A DNA stretch of 64,000 nt from Takakia lepidozioides (GCA_030704615.1 CM060732.1:81592001-81656000), one strand, 5' to 3'; positions 1 to 12,873 are shown, counted from the stretch's first letter. Notes: generated by a model not told the origin, from the letters alone. Program-made: numbers and translations.

Positions 1-1760
1 ATTTATATGTTTCTATTTTCCCCCTCTTATAACCCTTTAGGTTACCTAAAGGGGTCTTAAGGACAATTATTTATGTCTTTCCATTTTTCTCATCTTATGA
101 CTCCTTAAGACTGTCCTATGAAGCCCTAAGGGTAATTGTAAATAATAATTTATACGTTTTCATTTTCCCCTTCCTTAGGACTCTTTAGGGCAGTCCTAAG
201 GAGTCCTAAGGGTAATTATAAATAATAGTTTATATATTTCTGTTTTCCCCTCTTAGGACTCCTTAGGGCAGTCCTAAGGAGTGCTAAGGGCAATTATAGA
301 TAATAATTATATGTTTCCATTTCCCCTCTTTTATAACTTCTTAGGTTGCCTAAATGGGTCTTAACCCTTAAGTTTCCCAAGCGACCTGAATCCGGTCACT
401 TTGAATTTGAGGTTCGACCTAATTTTTGCAGATCTAATCTGATGGGGCCCACTCCTGAAGCTTTAATGACAAGGGATTTGTCTTGAGTATGATGCAAAAA
501 ACAAAACTAAGAAAAAACAAAAGCTGCGACCGACAAAAAATATCTTAGATCTCATTTTTACGTTTTGGGCCTGAAAAGGGCTTGTTGACCGCTGACGTGG
601 CAGTAAAACAAGTCCAAAATAGATTGCACTCCAAAGGCCATTTTTGGCAGAAAATTAGCAATTTTGGAAAAAGCACTTTACCATCTGGTGTGTGAGCATT
701 ACATACACACATCCACCATTGGCTTTCAAAATTTTTGTAGAAAAAAAAGTACTTCATTTGGAGGCACATTTTCTCTTGTCAATTTTGAGATTTCAACCCC
801 CATGTAATTGCATGCATAGCAAGCATAGGTGAAAAAATCAGTTGGACCTGCAATTTAGTGGGGTCATAGCCACTCCACTATTGATTTGGAAATGGTGGGT
901 CTTGGGGCAAGCAAAATTGGATAAAGCTAGGTTTTCATTTGGTCAAACCAATTTCTTCTCACTTTTTCTTTGGGACCTGATATTTGAGGTCCGGGCCAAC
1001 GTTATAATCTCACAATTTCCACGGTGGACTTGGCTCATTTTTTGGTATGTCATGCATAAATGAGCTGCGCCCACTACTATAAGGCTGGAATCTCTGGATG
1101 ATTTTTGGTAGGTTTCTAGGGGCAATTTACCGCAGCTGGGTACCCAAAATTGGTAAAAAATCAAAAAAGGCTTGGGAACTTAAGGGTTAAGGGCAATTAT
1201 TTATGTCTTTCCATTTTTCTCTTGTTAGGACTCCTTAGGACTATCCTAAGAAGTCTTAAGGGTAATAATAAATAATAATGTATATTTTTTATTTTCTTAT
1301 AAATTTATATATTTCCTTTTTTTCCTCTTAGGACTCCTTAGGGCCGCCCTAAAGAGTCCTAAGTGCAATTATAAATAATAATTTACACCTTTCAATTTTT
1401 CTCTTTTTACTAAGGGTAATTATAGATTACCCTATAATTAATTAAGGATAATAATTTATATGTTTCCATTCTCCCCTTCTTATAACCCCTTAGGCTGTCT
1501 AAATGGATCTTAAGGGCAAATATTTATGTCTTTCCATTTTTTTCCTCTTAGAACTCCTTAGGACTGTCCTAAGAAGTCCTAAGGGAAATTATAAATAATC
1601 ATATATATCTTTGTATTTTCTCCCCTCTTAGGTATCTTAAAGGTAATTATAAATAATAATTTATATATTTCTATTTTTCCCCTCTTAGGGCTCCTTAGGG
1701 CAATCCTAAGGAGTCCTAAGGGCAATTATAAATAATAACATATATCTTACTATTTTTCTA
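1..1760. repeat. AT-rich tandem repeat of ~60-80 bp units, many containing a hairpin (CTTAGGACTCCTTAGG-n5-CCTAAGGAGTCCTAAG); interrupted by a MITE at 365-1186
   Basis: Units recur at ~174-235, 252-310, 1224-1280, 1328-1385, 1547-1600 and 1684-1740; the 16-bp arms are reverse complements, followed by GG(G/T)AATTATAAATAATAAT. Confidence 0.85.
365..1186. mobile_element. Non-autonomous piggyBac-like element (MITE), TTAA target-site duplication
   Basis: TTAA at 361-364 and 1187-1190; TIRs CCCTTAAGTTTCCCAAGC and GCTTGGGAACTTAAGGG (one indel); uninterrupted sister units (51-80, ~1504-1530) have a single TTAA at the same spot. Confidence 0.85.
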
Positions 1761-2689
1761 TTTTTAACATAGGTACTAACACGTATAGGTTTATTTAAAA
1801 AAGGATGTTGGTGCATTACAAATGGATGTATGAACGTTTATCCAAAATAAAGTTTTGTTTTAATTATAATAAATGATGACAACCTACCAATTTTGTCAGT
1901 ACCTACCAATAAATAGTATATGTGATTCTTAAATATAATAACCAAAGTTGATACATTTATTATAATAATTTATATTTTTTCTATTTCCCTTAGGAAATAT
2001 TCTTTGCTTTTAGAGTTTTCAAGTCTCTCACGATCTCGCATAGCCTCTCCAACATAGAAGTACAGCTTTTACAGTTTTTGACCTATAGTCCGACTCTCTT
2101 AATTAATTACAGTAGAAAGGAAAAATACTTAGAATCAGATTGTTACATGTCCAATCTTTAGATGTTTAGAAAATGAAAGTGAAACTGAATGTTGTGTGAT
2201 AGATTTTTGAATATATATATATATATATAATATACTTGATTGTTACATGTTTAAGAGCATTGTGTAGTTACAAGTGAGTGGTTGTATAAAAGTAAAATTT
2301 TGAATAATATTTTTTGAATAATAAATATATGTTGATTTAATTCGTACAGTAATATAACTTTTAATGATTCTAATTTAGGTTATGACTAAAAAGATGAATG
2401 CTTAAAACAATTAAAATATGATTAAAATATAAAGATAAACTATTAAATATTTTATTGCTATATACAGCTCGTTCTTTCACTTAAGTCTTGAAGTGGCATA
2501 CTTCTATCTTTCTTGCATAGAGCCAACAAAAAGGTAGATGTAACAAGTTCAATGTCACACAAATCAGCAACCCAACCCCTTTACTGAAACCAAGACGAGC
2601 AAACCTGCTTCCTGCTTCAGTGAGAGAAAACAAGGGGCAAACAAAGCAAAATTCACACATTTGCACAAGGCATACGCTCCTACACACCC

Positions 2690-5333
2690 ACTCCATACCT
2701 AAGGCATCCTCTCGCTTGGCTCATACGAGAGCCTCGCGTCATGCCGAGCTGGAGCTGAAAGCGGCATCCCCCTTGGCAATTCGCACAGGACGGAGTCCCT
2801 TGGATGTGGTGGCTGCCTTCAGGGATGCCATTCAAATTAGGTGATTACACGAAACACTACGCGGTTTCCTTTTTTGTGTTTGTATGCGCAGTCGGAATTG
2901 TCTTTTGCGCAATTCAGTAGAAACGGATGTACTCAGCGCAAAGATGCAAGAAAGCGCACGGGTCGTTAGGCAAGGCCGATAATTGGTATATCTGGCGTGT
3001 AGGTCAACGCTGGAGCATGGAACAGCGCTGGCAGCAGTTCTTTAAAGATACTTTACAATGGTGGAATAGTAGCCTTGACAAGGTGAGCTTTCTTCATGTA
3101 GGATGAGAAAGGGAGATTGAGGAAACTCTGGTATGGTCGTATGGTGTGGACTGGATCGTACTGTTGTTGAGTAAAGTCAGTGAAGTCAGAATCTCGCTGT
3201 GCTCTAGGAAAACTGCTTTTACTGTCCGTATCGAGGTTGTCCTTACTGAGCAGGGCATGAAAGTAGGATGCGCAAGGTGTTTTCCCTTGAGTTTGCAAGG
3301 TACTTGGGAGGGTTGAGACTGCAGCTCCTCAGCTGCTCCCTGGTCGTTTTCATAGACCACTCCAAGATCCCCAGACTACAGACATAGGCTTATTGTGTAA
3401 GTTTGGACATGTTCCAATGTTCCTCATTGTGTAGAATCTAATGGAGCCCAAAGTGACTTGCAATGAATGTTGTTCAAAGAGTAGGACTCCTACAGAAGGG
3501 AATTTGTCAAAATATTGATGTTGTCGAATTTTGGGCACAAAGGTCTACTGTAGAGCATGGAGCAGAGCTGGCACGAGTTTTCTAAAGATCCTCATCAATG
3601 GTGGGACAAAAGCAATTGCAAGGTGTGACTTTCTTAATGTACAATGCAGAGAAATTTGTCCATCCTGCAAATGTGGGTTCTTACTGTTAGTATCATGATT
3701 TGGTATCTTTCCTGTTGTTGACAAGGTCCTTGGGAGGGTCAGGTTGGTCTTAGGAGGCCGAGTTTAAATATATGGCTGCTCAGCTGGACCGTGGTGGTTT
3801 CCTTCGCAGACCCATCCGAGTTCACCTGACTACAGACACAAGCAGCACACACAGGAGGTCCTTTTGGGTTGATGGTCGGTTGAATCCTCCATGGTTGAAA
3901 GAAAAGCTAGCTGCCATGACACGAGGTCAAGGACAAAGTGGTAACGGCTCATTCTTCAGCACATTTCAGCCTGTTTTGCCCTCTTATCAGAGTCGACCCT
4001 GATTTCCATGTTGAATTCTACAAGTTAGCTTGTTGGGTTGATCTATGGTGGTCTGGATTTTTTTGGCATGTGACTGCCAATGTGGCAACAGGAAAGTATC
4101 CAAGAACATACAGGGATGAGGAGAAGCTGTGGAAGGAATATTTTTCCGACCCCAGTCAATGGTGGGACGATCGAGGGAAAAAGGTGAATGCCTGTTACAA
4201 TACAGAGAGAAGCAGACGCCATTCAGCATAGGAACTAGTGTGTTATGAGTAGGGTTGGGGTGTTTGCTAGAACAAATCTTGGCCGTCATTGTCAGCCGTT
4301 CGAAGCAAGGCGAGGATGTATGCGTGATTTGTGCAGAGGCTGGGATAGCTGAAGGAGCAGGGATAGAGTGTGGGTCCAGATTCATCCAATAGGGCAGGAT
4401 ATCAAGCACAAGATTACCTATGATTCCCAGTGGATCAGAGCTACAAGAAACCTGCATGGGTAGATGGTCATCTGGAAGTACCGGTGTATAATTGATGAAA
4501 CAGGCACTGCCATTGAAAACACATTAACGCATTTGAGCCTGTTTTGCCCTCCTATCAGAATTGTCCCTAAGTTTCATGGTAAACTCTGCAAGTTGGCATG
4601 TTCCGTTGAGCTATGGTGGTCTGGATTGATTTTGACATGTTACTGCCAATGTGGCAACAGGAAATCCAAAGACAGATAACAGAGACGAGGAGAAGCTTTG
4701 GAAGGAATTTTATTTCCCCAGTCAATGGTGGGACAATTGAGCGACAAAGGTGAATGCCTGTTAGATTACAGAGAGAAGCAGGAGCAATACAGCATAGGAA
4801 CTACTGTGGGAGATGAGTAGGGCTGGGATGTTTGCTAGAACAAATCCAGGCATTGTCAGCTGCTAGCAGCATGGCGAGGATGCATGCATGATTTGTGCGG
4901 AGACAGGGATGGCTGAAGGTGCAGGGATAGAGTGTGGGTACAGATTCATCCAAGAGGGCGGGATTTCAATCACAAGATTACGTGTGGTTCCCTGTGGATC
5001 GACAGCTACAAGAAACCTGCATGGGTAGATGGTCAACTGGAAGTGATGGCAGTGGCAGCACAATTGATGAAATCAGGCACTGATAATGATGGCGTCTTCT
5101 TCAACACATTTCAGCCTGTTTTGCCCTCTTATCAGAATTGTCCCTAATTTGTCATGTTGAATTCCGCAAGTTAGCTTGTTGGGTGGATCTATGGTGGTTT
5201 CGAGTGATTTTGACATGTTACTGCTAATGTGGCAACAGGAAAGTATTCAAAAACAGATAACAGAGACAAGGAGAAGCTTTGGAAGGAATATTTTTCCGAC
5301 CCCAGTCAATGGTGGGACAATCAAGGCAAGAAG
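2690..5333 (+). pseudogene. Degenerate upstream exons of PPR-DYW gene 1: transit-peptide-like exon remnant plus five tandem OSB-type PDF-motif units
   Basis: GT-AG bounded half-motifs such as WQQFFKDTLQWW, WHEFSKDPHQWWD and LWKEYFSDPSQWWD pair with PRSPDYRH, PSSPDYRHK and HPRGRDFNHK..SLWID..PAWV; units 1-4 have frameshifts or stops; exon 5239-5333 is open and splices in frame to 5531. Confidence 0.7.
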
Positions 5334-5518
5334 GTGAATGCCTGTTAGATTACAGATAGAAGCAGACGGAATTCAGCATAGGAACTAGTGTGTTACCAAT
5401 AGGGTTGGGGTGTTTTGCTAGAGCAAATCTAGGCTGTCATTGTCAGCTGCTAGCAGCAAGGCAAGGATGTATGCATGATTTGTGCAGAGGCAGGAAGAGC
5501 TGAAGGAGCAGGGATAGA

Positions 5519-8143
5519 GTGTGGGTCCAGATTCATCCAAGAGGGCCGGATTTCAAGCCCAAGATTTCCTATGATTCCCTGTGGATCGATAGCTACAAGA
5601 AACCTGCATGGGTAGATGGTCAAGGGGAAGCAGCAGCAGCACAGTTTCTAAAATCAGGCAGCTGGACCATGACCACTTGTGATAGAGGACCAAGAGAGGG
5701 AGTCCACAATGCCTCTTCTGGCACTTCTGAGCATGTGAGGATGCTATGTGAGGCAGGGCGAGTGAAAGAGGCTCTACAGACTTTAAACCAAGGAGGCATT
5801 TCAGCAGATTCAGATACTTATGTCTGTCTCTTGCACAAGTGCATCAAGATGAAAGGTCTGGAAGCTGGAAAGCAGGTGCATGCTCACATTATCCAAAGTG
5901 GATTCAAGCCAAACGTTTTCCTACACAACACCCTTGTCAACACGTATGTTAAGTGCGGGAGCATCGTGGATGCTCACCAAGTATTCAGCACAATGCCTCA
6001 ACGATATTTGATCACGTGGAATATAATGATGGCAGGATTTACCAAGCATGGGTGTGATAGGAATGCTTTGGAGACCTATGAGCAAATGATGCGGGAAGGG
6101 GTGAAACCCAACCACATCACGTTTGTTTGTGTTTGCAAAGCGTGTGCGAGCTTGGCAGCCCTGGAGAAGGGCAAAGAGGTCCATGGTGACATCATCAAAG
6201 CTGGAATTGTACCAGATGTCATACTGAACAGTACCCTCGTGGACATGTATGCCAAATGTGGGAGCATCGAGGATGCAAAGGGAGTGTTCAACAATATGGC
6301 TGAACGAAATGTTGTGTCGTGGAGCGCAATGATTGCAGGATATGCACAGCAGGGGCATGGGATGGAGGCTTTGGAGACCTACAAGCAAATGATGCGGGAA
6401 GGGGTGAAGCCTGACCACATCACGTTTGTGTGCGTTTGCAATGCGTGTGCAAGTCTGGCAGCCCTGGAAAAGGGCAAGGAGGTCCATGGTGACATCGTCA
6501 AAGCTGGAATTGTACCAGATGTCATTCTGAACAGTACCCTTGTGGACATGTATGCCAAATGTGGGTGCATCGAGGATGCAAAGGGAGTGTTCGACAGTAT
6601 GGCTGAACGAAATGTGGTGTCTTGGAGCACAATGATCGCAGGATATGCTCAGCAGGGACAGGCAATAGAGGCTTTGGAGACCTATGAGCAAATGTTGTGG
6701 GAAGGGGTGAAGCCCAACCACATCACATTTGTTTGTGTTTGCAATGCGTGTGCAAGCCTGGCAGCCCTGGAAAGGGGCAAAGAGGTCCATAGTGACATTG
6801 TCAAAGCCGGGATTGTACCAGATGTCATTCTGAACAATACCCTCGTGGACATGTATGCCAAATGTGGGAGCATTGAGGATGCAAAGGGAGTGTTCGACAA
6901 TATGGCTGAACGAGACGTGGTGTCATGGAACAGCATGATTTCAGGATATGCACAGCAGGGGTGTGGGATGGAGGCTTTGGAGACCTATAAGCAAATGATG
7001 AGGGAAATGGTAAAGTCTGACCACATCACATTTGTTTGTGTTTGCAATGCGTGTGCGAGCCTGGCCGCCCTGGAAAAGGGCAAAGAGGTCCATGGCGACA
7101 TTGTCAAAGCTCGCATTTTACCAGATGTTGTTCTGAACACTGCGCTGATGAACATGTATGCCAAATGTGGGTGCATCAAGGATGCAAAGGGAGTGTTCGA
7201 CAATATGGACAAACGAGATGTGGTGTCCTGGAACGCAATGATTGCAGGATATGCCCAGCATGGTTGTCATAGGGAGGCCCTGCAACTATTTGAAGGAATG
7301 CAAAAGGAAGGCTTGAAGCCGGACAGTGTCACATTTATATGTGTTCTCTCTGCATGCAGCCATATTGGCCTACTGTATGAAGGAAAACGCTATTTCGATT
7401 CCCTCAGTCAAGATCATGGTGTCACTCCCACAGTACAGCACTTTGGCTGCATTGTGGACCTTCTTGGACGTGCGGGGCGATTGGATGAGGCAGAGGACCT
7501 CATTAATAAAATGCCAATCAAACCAGATGCTGTGGTGTGGAAGGCCTTGCTTGGTGCCTGCAAAATCCATGGCAATGTGGAGATGGCTGAACGTGCGGCA
7601 ACATCTATTCTCAAGTGGGATGAACAGGACGCTGCGACATATGTGTTGCTATCGAACATCTATGCCACAGCTGGCAGGTGGGAAGATAGTGCAAAGGTGA
7701 GGAAAATGATGAAGGTCAGAGGGGTTAGAAAGGATCCAGGTTGCTGCTGGATTGAGGTTGGCAACAGGGTGCACACATTTGTTGTAGATGAGAAATTGCA
7801 TCCCAAAATTAAGGAAATTCATGGTGAGCTGAGAAGATTGTCTGGGCAGATGAAGGAGGCAGGGTATGTGCCTGACACACGCTTTGTATTGCAAGATGTG
7901 GGGGAGGGACAAAAAGAATTTTCTCTTTGCCACCACAGTGAGAAGCTGGCCATTGGTTTTGGGCTGATCAGCACGGCCCCTAGGACGCCTCTCCGTCTCA
8001 TCAAGAATCTTCGGGTGTGTGGTGACTGCCACACCTCCACCAAGTTGATCTCAAAGATTGTTGGCCGAGCAATTGTTATACGGGATGCTGACCGCTTTCA
8101 CCACTTTGAAGATGGGGTTTGTTCTTGTGAGGATTACTGGTGA
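5519..8143 (+). CDS. PLS-class pentatricopeptide-repeat protein with E1/E2/DYW deaminase domain (C-to-U editing factor); main exon probably begins at the splice acceptor before 5531
   Basis: 101-aa P-L-S triplets, PG box PGCCWIEV, HSEKLA, CGDCH, terminal DYW; no internal stop; the GTG start is not a real eukaryotic start. Confidence 0.95.
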   Translation: MWVQIHPRGPDFKPKISYDSLWIDSYKKPAWVDGQGEAAAAQFLKSGSWTMTTCDRGPREGVHNASSGTSEHVRMLCEAGRVKEALQTLNQGGISADSDTYVCLLHKCIKMKGLEAGKQVHAHIIQSGFKPNVFLHNTLVNTYVKCGSIVDAHQVFSTMPQRYLITWNIMMAGFTKHGCDRNALETYEQMMREGVKPNHITFVCVCKACASLAALEKGKEVHGDIIKAGIVPDVILNSTLVDMYAKCGSIEDAKGVFNNMAERNVVSWSAMIAGYAQQGHGMEALETYKQMMREGVKPDHITFVCVCNACASLAALEKGKEVHGDIVKAGIVPDVILNSTLVDMYAKCGCIEDAKGVFDSMAERNVVSWSTMIAGYAQQGQAIEALETYEQMLWEGVKPNHITFVCVCNACASLAALERGKEVHSDIVKAGIVPDVILNNTLVDMYAKCGSIEDAKGVFDNMAERDVVSWNSMISGYAQQGCGMEALETYKQMMREMVKSDHITFVCVCNACASLAALEKGKEVHGDIVKARILPDVVLNTALMNMYAKCGCIKDAKGVFDNMDKRDVVSWNAMIAGYAQHGCHREALQLFEGMQKEGLKPDSVTFICVLSACSHIGLLYEGKRYFDSLSQDHGVTPTVQHFGCIVDLLGRAGRLDEAEDLINKMPIKPDAVVWKALLGACKIHGNVEMAERAATSILKWDEQDAATYVLLSNIYATAGRWEDSAKVRKMMKVRGVRKDPGCCWIEVGNRVHTFVVDEKLHPKIKEIHGELRRLSGQMKEAGYVPDTRFVLQDVGEGQKEFSLCHHSEKLAIGFGLISTAPRTPLRLIKNLRVCGDCHTSTKLISKIVGRAIVIRDADRFHHFEDGVCSCEDYW

Positions 8144-9939
8144 AACGATGTTTTTCTGGAAAAGTGCGAGTGTCTGGCTTCATTCATTGATCCGTGCAGC
8201 TACTCAGTTCATCCACGATTTCCTGAGAATATGGACCATGATGTACTTTTGAGGGTATTTCCTGTGGCATATCCACAGGAAATGATTGTGGGATCTACCT
8301 AGCATACGTGGGAAGTCGGCCCATAATTGCACTCAAATGAGTGAAGGGGGAAATTGGACTGACTCTGCTGATATTGGAATGGAATCAGAATGCTGTCCTA
8401 ATTTCTGGTGTGGGTGGTGGAGCTGAGCTTCTCCAAGTCTGGGAGACGGAAGTGAATACCATTAGTGGGGCAGCAATGTGCACAAGTTTGTTCAGCATCT
8501 TCAATTCGGACATGTTTGTATGTCTCTGGTAGTGGTGCTTCAGATAGAGCCCTGGACTAACTTGCATGAATGTTGTCGATAGCTAGGATTCACCCACCAA
8601 GATCCAATTCCATGTTGGCCACTTGAGAGTTTATATAGTGGTTGTAATGGTATTTGGGTATTCTGTTATTGATTGATGCGGTAGGAATTGGATTTGCTAA
8701 GTCCTTCACACTATAACATCAGTTTGTGCATGCTGGAGTTCCAGGTTGGGGACAGGCTTCACCTACACCCACTTCTGAACACAATTGTGTACAGTTCAAG
8801 ACCAGATTTGGGAGCTTGTATGAAACAATTGCACACTAAACAACTGTGCATAGTTTCATGTAACAATGGGGGATACTGCTAGTTGCCCAGGAAGTAGGTT
8901 TCGATTGCTGGCGTGACACCAGGTGTTCTCCATAACTACTTGAGCTACAGATCTCAATCAAGCAGAAAGTCTGTCCTAAATATACACTTCAAGAGCTTTT
9001 TCTCAATCTCTTGCTTGCAGTAACCTTCCCATATTCCAAATTTGGACCCAAAAACTTATAGGTGAAGCTCTTGTTCCATTGTGTACATTGAATTAATATC
9101 AATAGAGTTGCACCAAATGAAGGGATATGTGTATAGTGAGAGGGAGACATGCTGGGTTGACTGTCCTTCCTTCGGCTGTGAGGGCCTTGTCATCACAAGA
9201 ACCATTTTGCCGCGCGAGGACAAAAAAGAGAAAGGTTTTTAAGTTGTAGTGGGTGTGGTGTGATGCTCAACTATTGCATGGCGATGTTGAGGGCAACAGA
9301 AGAAAAAACGACAACCATCAGTGAGGGGAAAAAAAATAACGATGAATGACTTTAGTCCTTGGAACAGACTCAAAATACAGCACCGCTGCTGGCACAAAAA
9401 TCACACAGAAGATTCCCTTGCTTGATGATCTCACAAACCGTTGTCCGAGTTTTTGAAACACTGCTGAATGAAGACAAACTGTCACTATGCCTTCACCGCC
9501 TCGACTTGAGAATGCGCTGAAGTCACATGGAGTCTACCTTGAAAAACACGTCAATTGTAAACCGTGGCTGATGAAAGGTGCCCTGCATTTTTTCTTTGAG
9601 GCTAGTGCTCTTAGTACATGTTCATACTCCCGTTTGAACTGATCACCTAAAACCACTCTGCTCCGCAACTACCTTAATGGTTTAGACGCCAGAAACACCA
9701 CTTGTCACTTATTACTTATCACTTATCAAGCCACCTTATCAATTTCATCTCCAGGTGTGGAATGGGCTGACTTTCCACCTATGCTGGGTAGACCTCACTA
9801 TCATTTCCTGTGGATATGCCACAGGAAATACCCTCAATACATCATGGTCAATATTCTCAGGAAATCGTGGATGAACTGAGTAGCTGCACAGATCAATGAA
9901 TGAAGTCAGACACTCGCACCTTTCCAGAAAAAACATCAT

Positions 9940-12873
9940 TCACCAGTAATCCTCACAAGAACAAACCCCATCTTCAAAGTGGTGAAAGCGGTTAGCGTCC
10001 CGTACAACAATTGCTCGGCCAACAATCTTCGAGATCAACTTGATGGAGCTGTGGCAGTCACCACACACCCGAAGATTCTTGATGAGACGGAGAGGTGTCC
10101 TAGGGGCCGTGCTGATCAGCCCAAAACCAATGGCCAGTTTCTCACTGTGGTGGCAAAGAGAAAATTCCTTTTGCTCCTCCCCCACATCATGCAATACAAA
10201 GTGTGTGTCAGGCACATACCCTGCTTCCTTCATCTGTCCAGACAATCTTCTCAGCTCAGCATGGATTTCCTTGATTTTGGGATGCAATTTCTCATCTACA
10301 ACAAATGAGTGCACCCTGTCGCCAACCTCAATGCAGCAGCGACCTGGCTCCTTTCTAACCACTGTGACCTTCATCATTTTTCTCACCTTTGCACTATCAT
10401 CCCACCTGCCAGCTGTGGCATAGATGTTTGATAGCAACACGTAAGTTGCGGCGTCCTGTTCATCCCGCTTGAGAATAGATGTTGCCGCACGTTCAGCCAT
10501 CTCCACATTGCCATGGATTCTGCAAGCACCAAGCAAGGCCTTCCACACCATAGCATCTGGTTTCATCGGCATCTTATTAATAAGGTCCTCTGCCTCATCC
10601 AATTGACCTGCACGTCCAAGAAGGTCCACCATGCAGCCAAAGTGCTTTACTGTTGGAGTGACACCATGATCTTGACTGAGGGAATCAAAGTAGCGTCTTC
10701 CTTCATACAGTAGGCCAACATGGCTGCATGCAGAGAGAACACATATAAATGTGATACTGTCTGGCTTCAAGCCTTCCTTTTGCATTCCTTCAAATAGTTG
10801 CAAGGCCTTCCTATGACAACCATGCTGGGCATATCCTGCAATCATTGTGCTCCAAGACACCACATTTCGTTCCGCCATACTCTCAAACACTCCCTTTGCA
10901 TCCTCGATGCTCCCACATTTGGCATACATATCCACGAGGGTATTGTTCAGAATGATATCTGGTACAATTCCAGCTTTGACAATGTCACCATGGACCTCTT
11001 TGCCCCTTTCCAGGGCTGCCAGGCTAGCACACGCATTGCAAACACAAACAAATGTGACTTGGTCGGGCTTCACCCTTTCCCGCACCATGTGCTCATAGGT
11101 GGCCAAAGCCTCCATCCCGCGCCCCTGCTGTGCATATCCTGCAATCATTGCACTCCAAGACACCACATCTCGTTCAACCATATTGTCAAACACTCCCTTT
11201 GCATCCTCGATGCTCCCACATTTGGCATACATGTCTACCAGAGTATTATTTAGAGTGACATTTGGTACAATTCCAACTTTGACGATGTCACCATGGACTT
11301 CTTTGCCCTTGTCCAGGGCTGCCAGGCTTGCACACGCACTGCAAACGCAAACAAAGGTGATGTGGCTGGGCTTCACCCCTTCGCGCCTCATTTGCTCATA
11401 GGTCTGCAAAGCCTCCATCCCGCACCCCTGCTGGACATATCCTGCGATCAACACGTTCCAAGACACCACATCTCGTTCAGCCATATTGTCGAACACTCCT
11501 TTTGCATCCTCGATGCACCCACATTTGGCATACATGTTCATCAGAGCAGTGTTCAGAATGACATTTGGTACAATCCCAGCTTTGATGATGTCACCATGGA
11601 CCTCTTTCCCCTTTTCCAGGGCTGCCCCGCTCACACACGCATTGCAAACACAAACAAACGTGATGTGGTTGGGCTTCACCCCTTCCCACATCATTTGCTC
11701 ATAGGTCTCCAAAGCCTCCATCCCGCGCCCCTGCTGTGCATATCCTGCAATCATTGCATTCCAAGACACCACATCTCGTTTAGCCATATTGTCGAACACT
11801 CCCTTTGCATCCTCAATGCTCCCACATTTGGCATACATGTTCATCAGAGCAGTCTTCAGAATGACATTTGGTACAATTCCAGCTTTGACAATGTCACCAT
11901 GGACCTCTTTGCCTTTTTCTAGGGCTGCCAGGCTTGCACACGCATTGCAAACGCAAACGAACGTGATGTGGTTGGGCTTCACCCCTTCCCGCATCATTTG
12001 CTCATAGGTCTCCAAAGCCTCCATCCCACGCCCCTGCTGGGCATATCCTGCGATCATCGCGCTCCACGACACCACATCTCGTTCAGCCATATTGTCGAAC
12101 ACTCCCTTTGCATCCTCAATGCACCCACATTTGGCATACATGTTCATCAGAGCAGTGTTCAGAATGACATCTGGTACAATTCCAGCTTTGACGATGTCAC
12201 CATGGACCTCTTTGCCCTTTTCCAGGGCTGCCAGGCTTGCACACGCATTGCAAACACAAACAAACGTGATGTGGTTGGGTTTCACCCCTTCCCGCATCAT
12301 TTGCTCATACGTCTCCAAAGCATTCCTATCACACCCATGCTTGGTAAATCCTGCCATCATTATATTCCACATGATCAAAGATCGTTGAGGCATTGTGTTG
12401 AACACTTGGTGAGCATCCACAATGCTCCCGCACTTAACATACATGTTGACAAGGGTGTTGTGTAGGAAAACGTTTGGCTTGAATCCACTTTGGACAATGT
12501 GAGCATGCACCTGCTTTCCAGCGTCCAGGCCTTTCATCTTGATGCACTTATGCAAGAGACAGACATAAGTGTCTGAATCTGCTGAAGTGCCTCTTTGGTT
12601 TAAAGTCTGTAGAGCCTCTTTCAGTCGCCCTGCTTCACATAGCATCCTCACATGCCCAGAAGTGCCAGAAGAGGCATTGTCGACTCCCTCTCTTGGTCCT
12701 CTTTCGCAAGCTGTGGTCATTGTCCAGGTGCCTGATTTTATCAACTGTGCCGGTGCTGCTGCTGCTTCCAGTTGACCAACAACCCATGCAGGTTTCTTGT
12801 ACATATCAATCCACAGGGAATAGGTAATCTTGGGCTTGAAATCCGGCCCTCTTGGATGAATCTGGACCCACAC
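9940..12873 (-). CDS. PLS-class PPR-DYW editing factor, paralogue 2 (one more P-L-S triplet than gene 1); main exon from 12861
   Basis: Same architecture; HSEKLA, CGDCH and DYW intact; 977-aa open frame. Confidence 0.95.
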   Translation of the reverse strand: MWVQIHPRGPDFKPKITYSLWIDMYKKPAWVVGQLEAAAAPAQLIKSGTWTMTTACERGPREGVDNASSGTSGHVRMLCEAGRLKEALQTLNQRGTSADSDTYVCLLHKCIKMKGLDAGKQVHAHIVQSGFKPNVFLHNTLVNMYVKCGSIVDAHQVFNTMPQRSLIMWNIMMAGFTKHGCDRNALETYEQMMREGVKPNHITFVCVCNACASLAALEKGKEVHGDIVKAGIVPDVILNTALMNMYAKCGCIEDAKGVFDNMAERDVVSWSAMIAGYAQQGRGMEALETYEQMMREGVKPNHITFVCVCNACASLAALEKGKEVHGDIVKAGIVPNVILKTALMNMYAKCGSIEDAKGVFDNMAKRDVVSWNAMIAGYAQQGRGMEALETYEQMMWEGVKPNHITFVCVCNACVSGAALEKGKEVHGDIIKAGIVPNVILNTALMNMYAKCGCIEDAKGVFDNMAERDVVSWNVLIAGYVQQGCGMEALQTYEQMRREGVKPSHITFVCVCSACASLAALDKGKEVHGDIVKVGIVPNVTLNNTLVDMYAKCGSIEDAKGVFDNMVERDVVSWSAMIAGYAQQGRGMEALATYEHMVRERVKPDQVTFVCVCNACASLAALERGKEVHGDIVKAGIVPDIILNNTLVDMYAKCGSIEDAKGVFESMAERNVVSWSTMIAGYAQHGCHRKALQLFEGMQKEGLKPDSITFICVLSACSHVGLLYEGRRYFDSLSQDHGVTPTVKHFGCMVDLLGRAGQLDEAEDLINKMPMKPDAMVWKALLGACRIHGNVEMAERAATSILKRDEQDAATYVLLSNIYATAGRWDDSAKVRKMMKVTVVRKEPGRCCIEVGDRVHSFVVDEKLHPKIKEIHAELRRLSGQMKEAGYVPDTHFVLHDVGEEQKEFSLCHHSEKLAIGFGLISTAPRTPLRLIKNLRVCGDCHSSIKLISKIVGRAIVVRDANRFHHFEDGVCSCEDYW

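Noticed and set aside
7900-8143. DYW domains as U-to-C (KP-type) editors
   Set aside because: PG box, HSEKLA and terminal DYW match the C-to-U type
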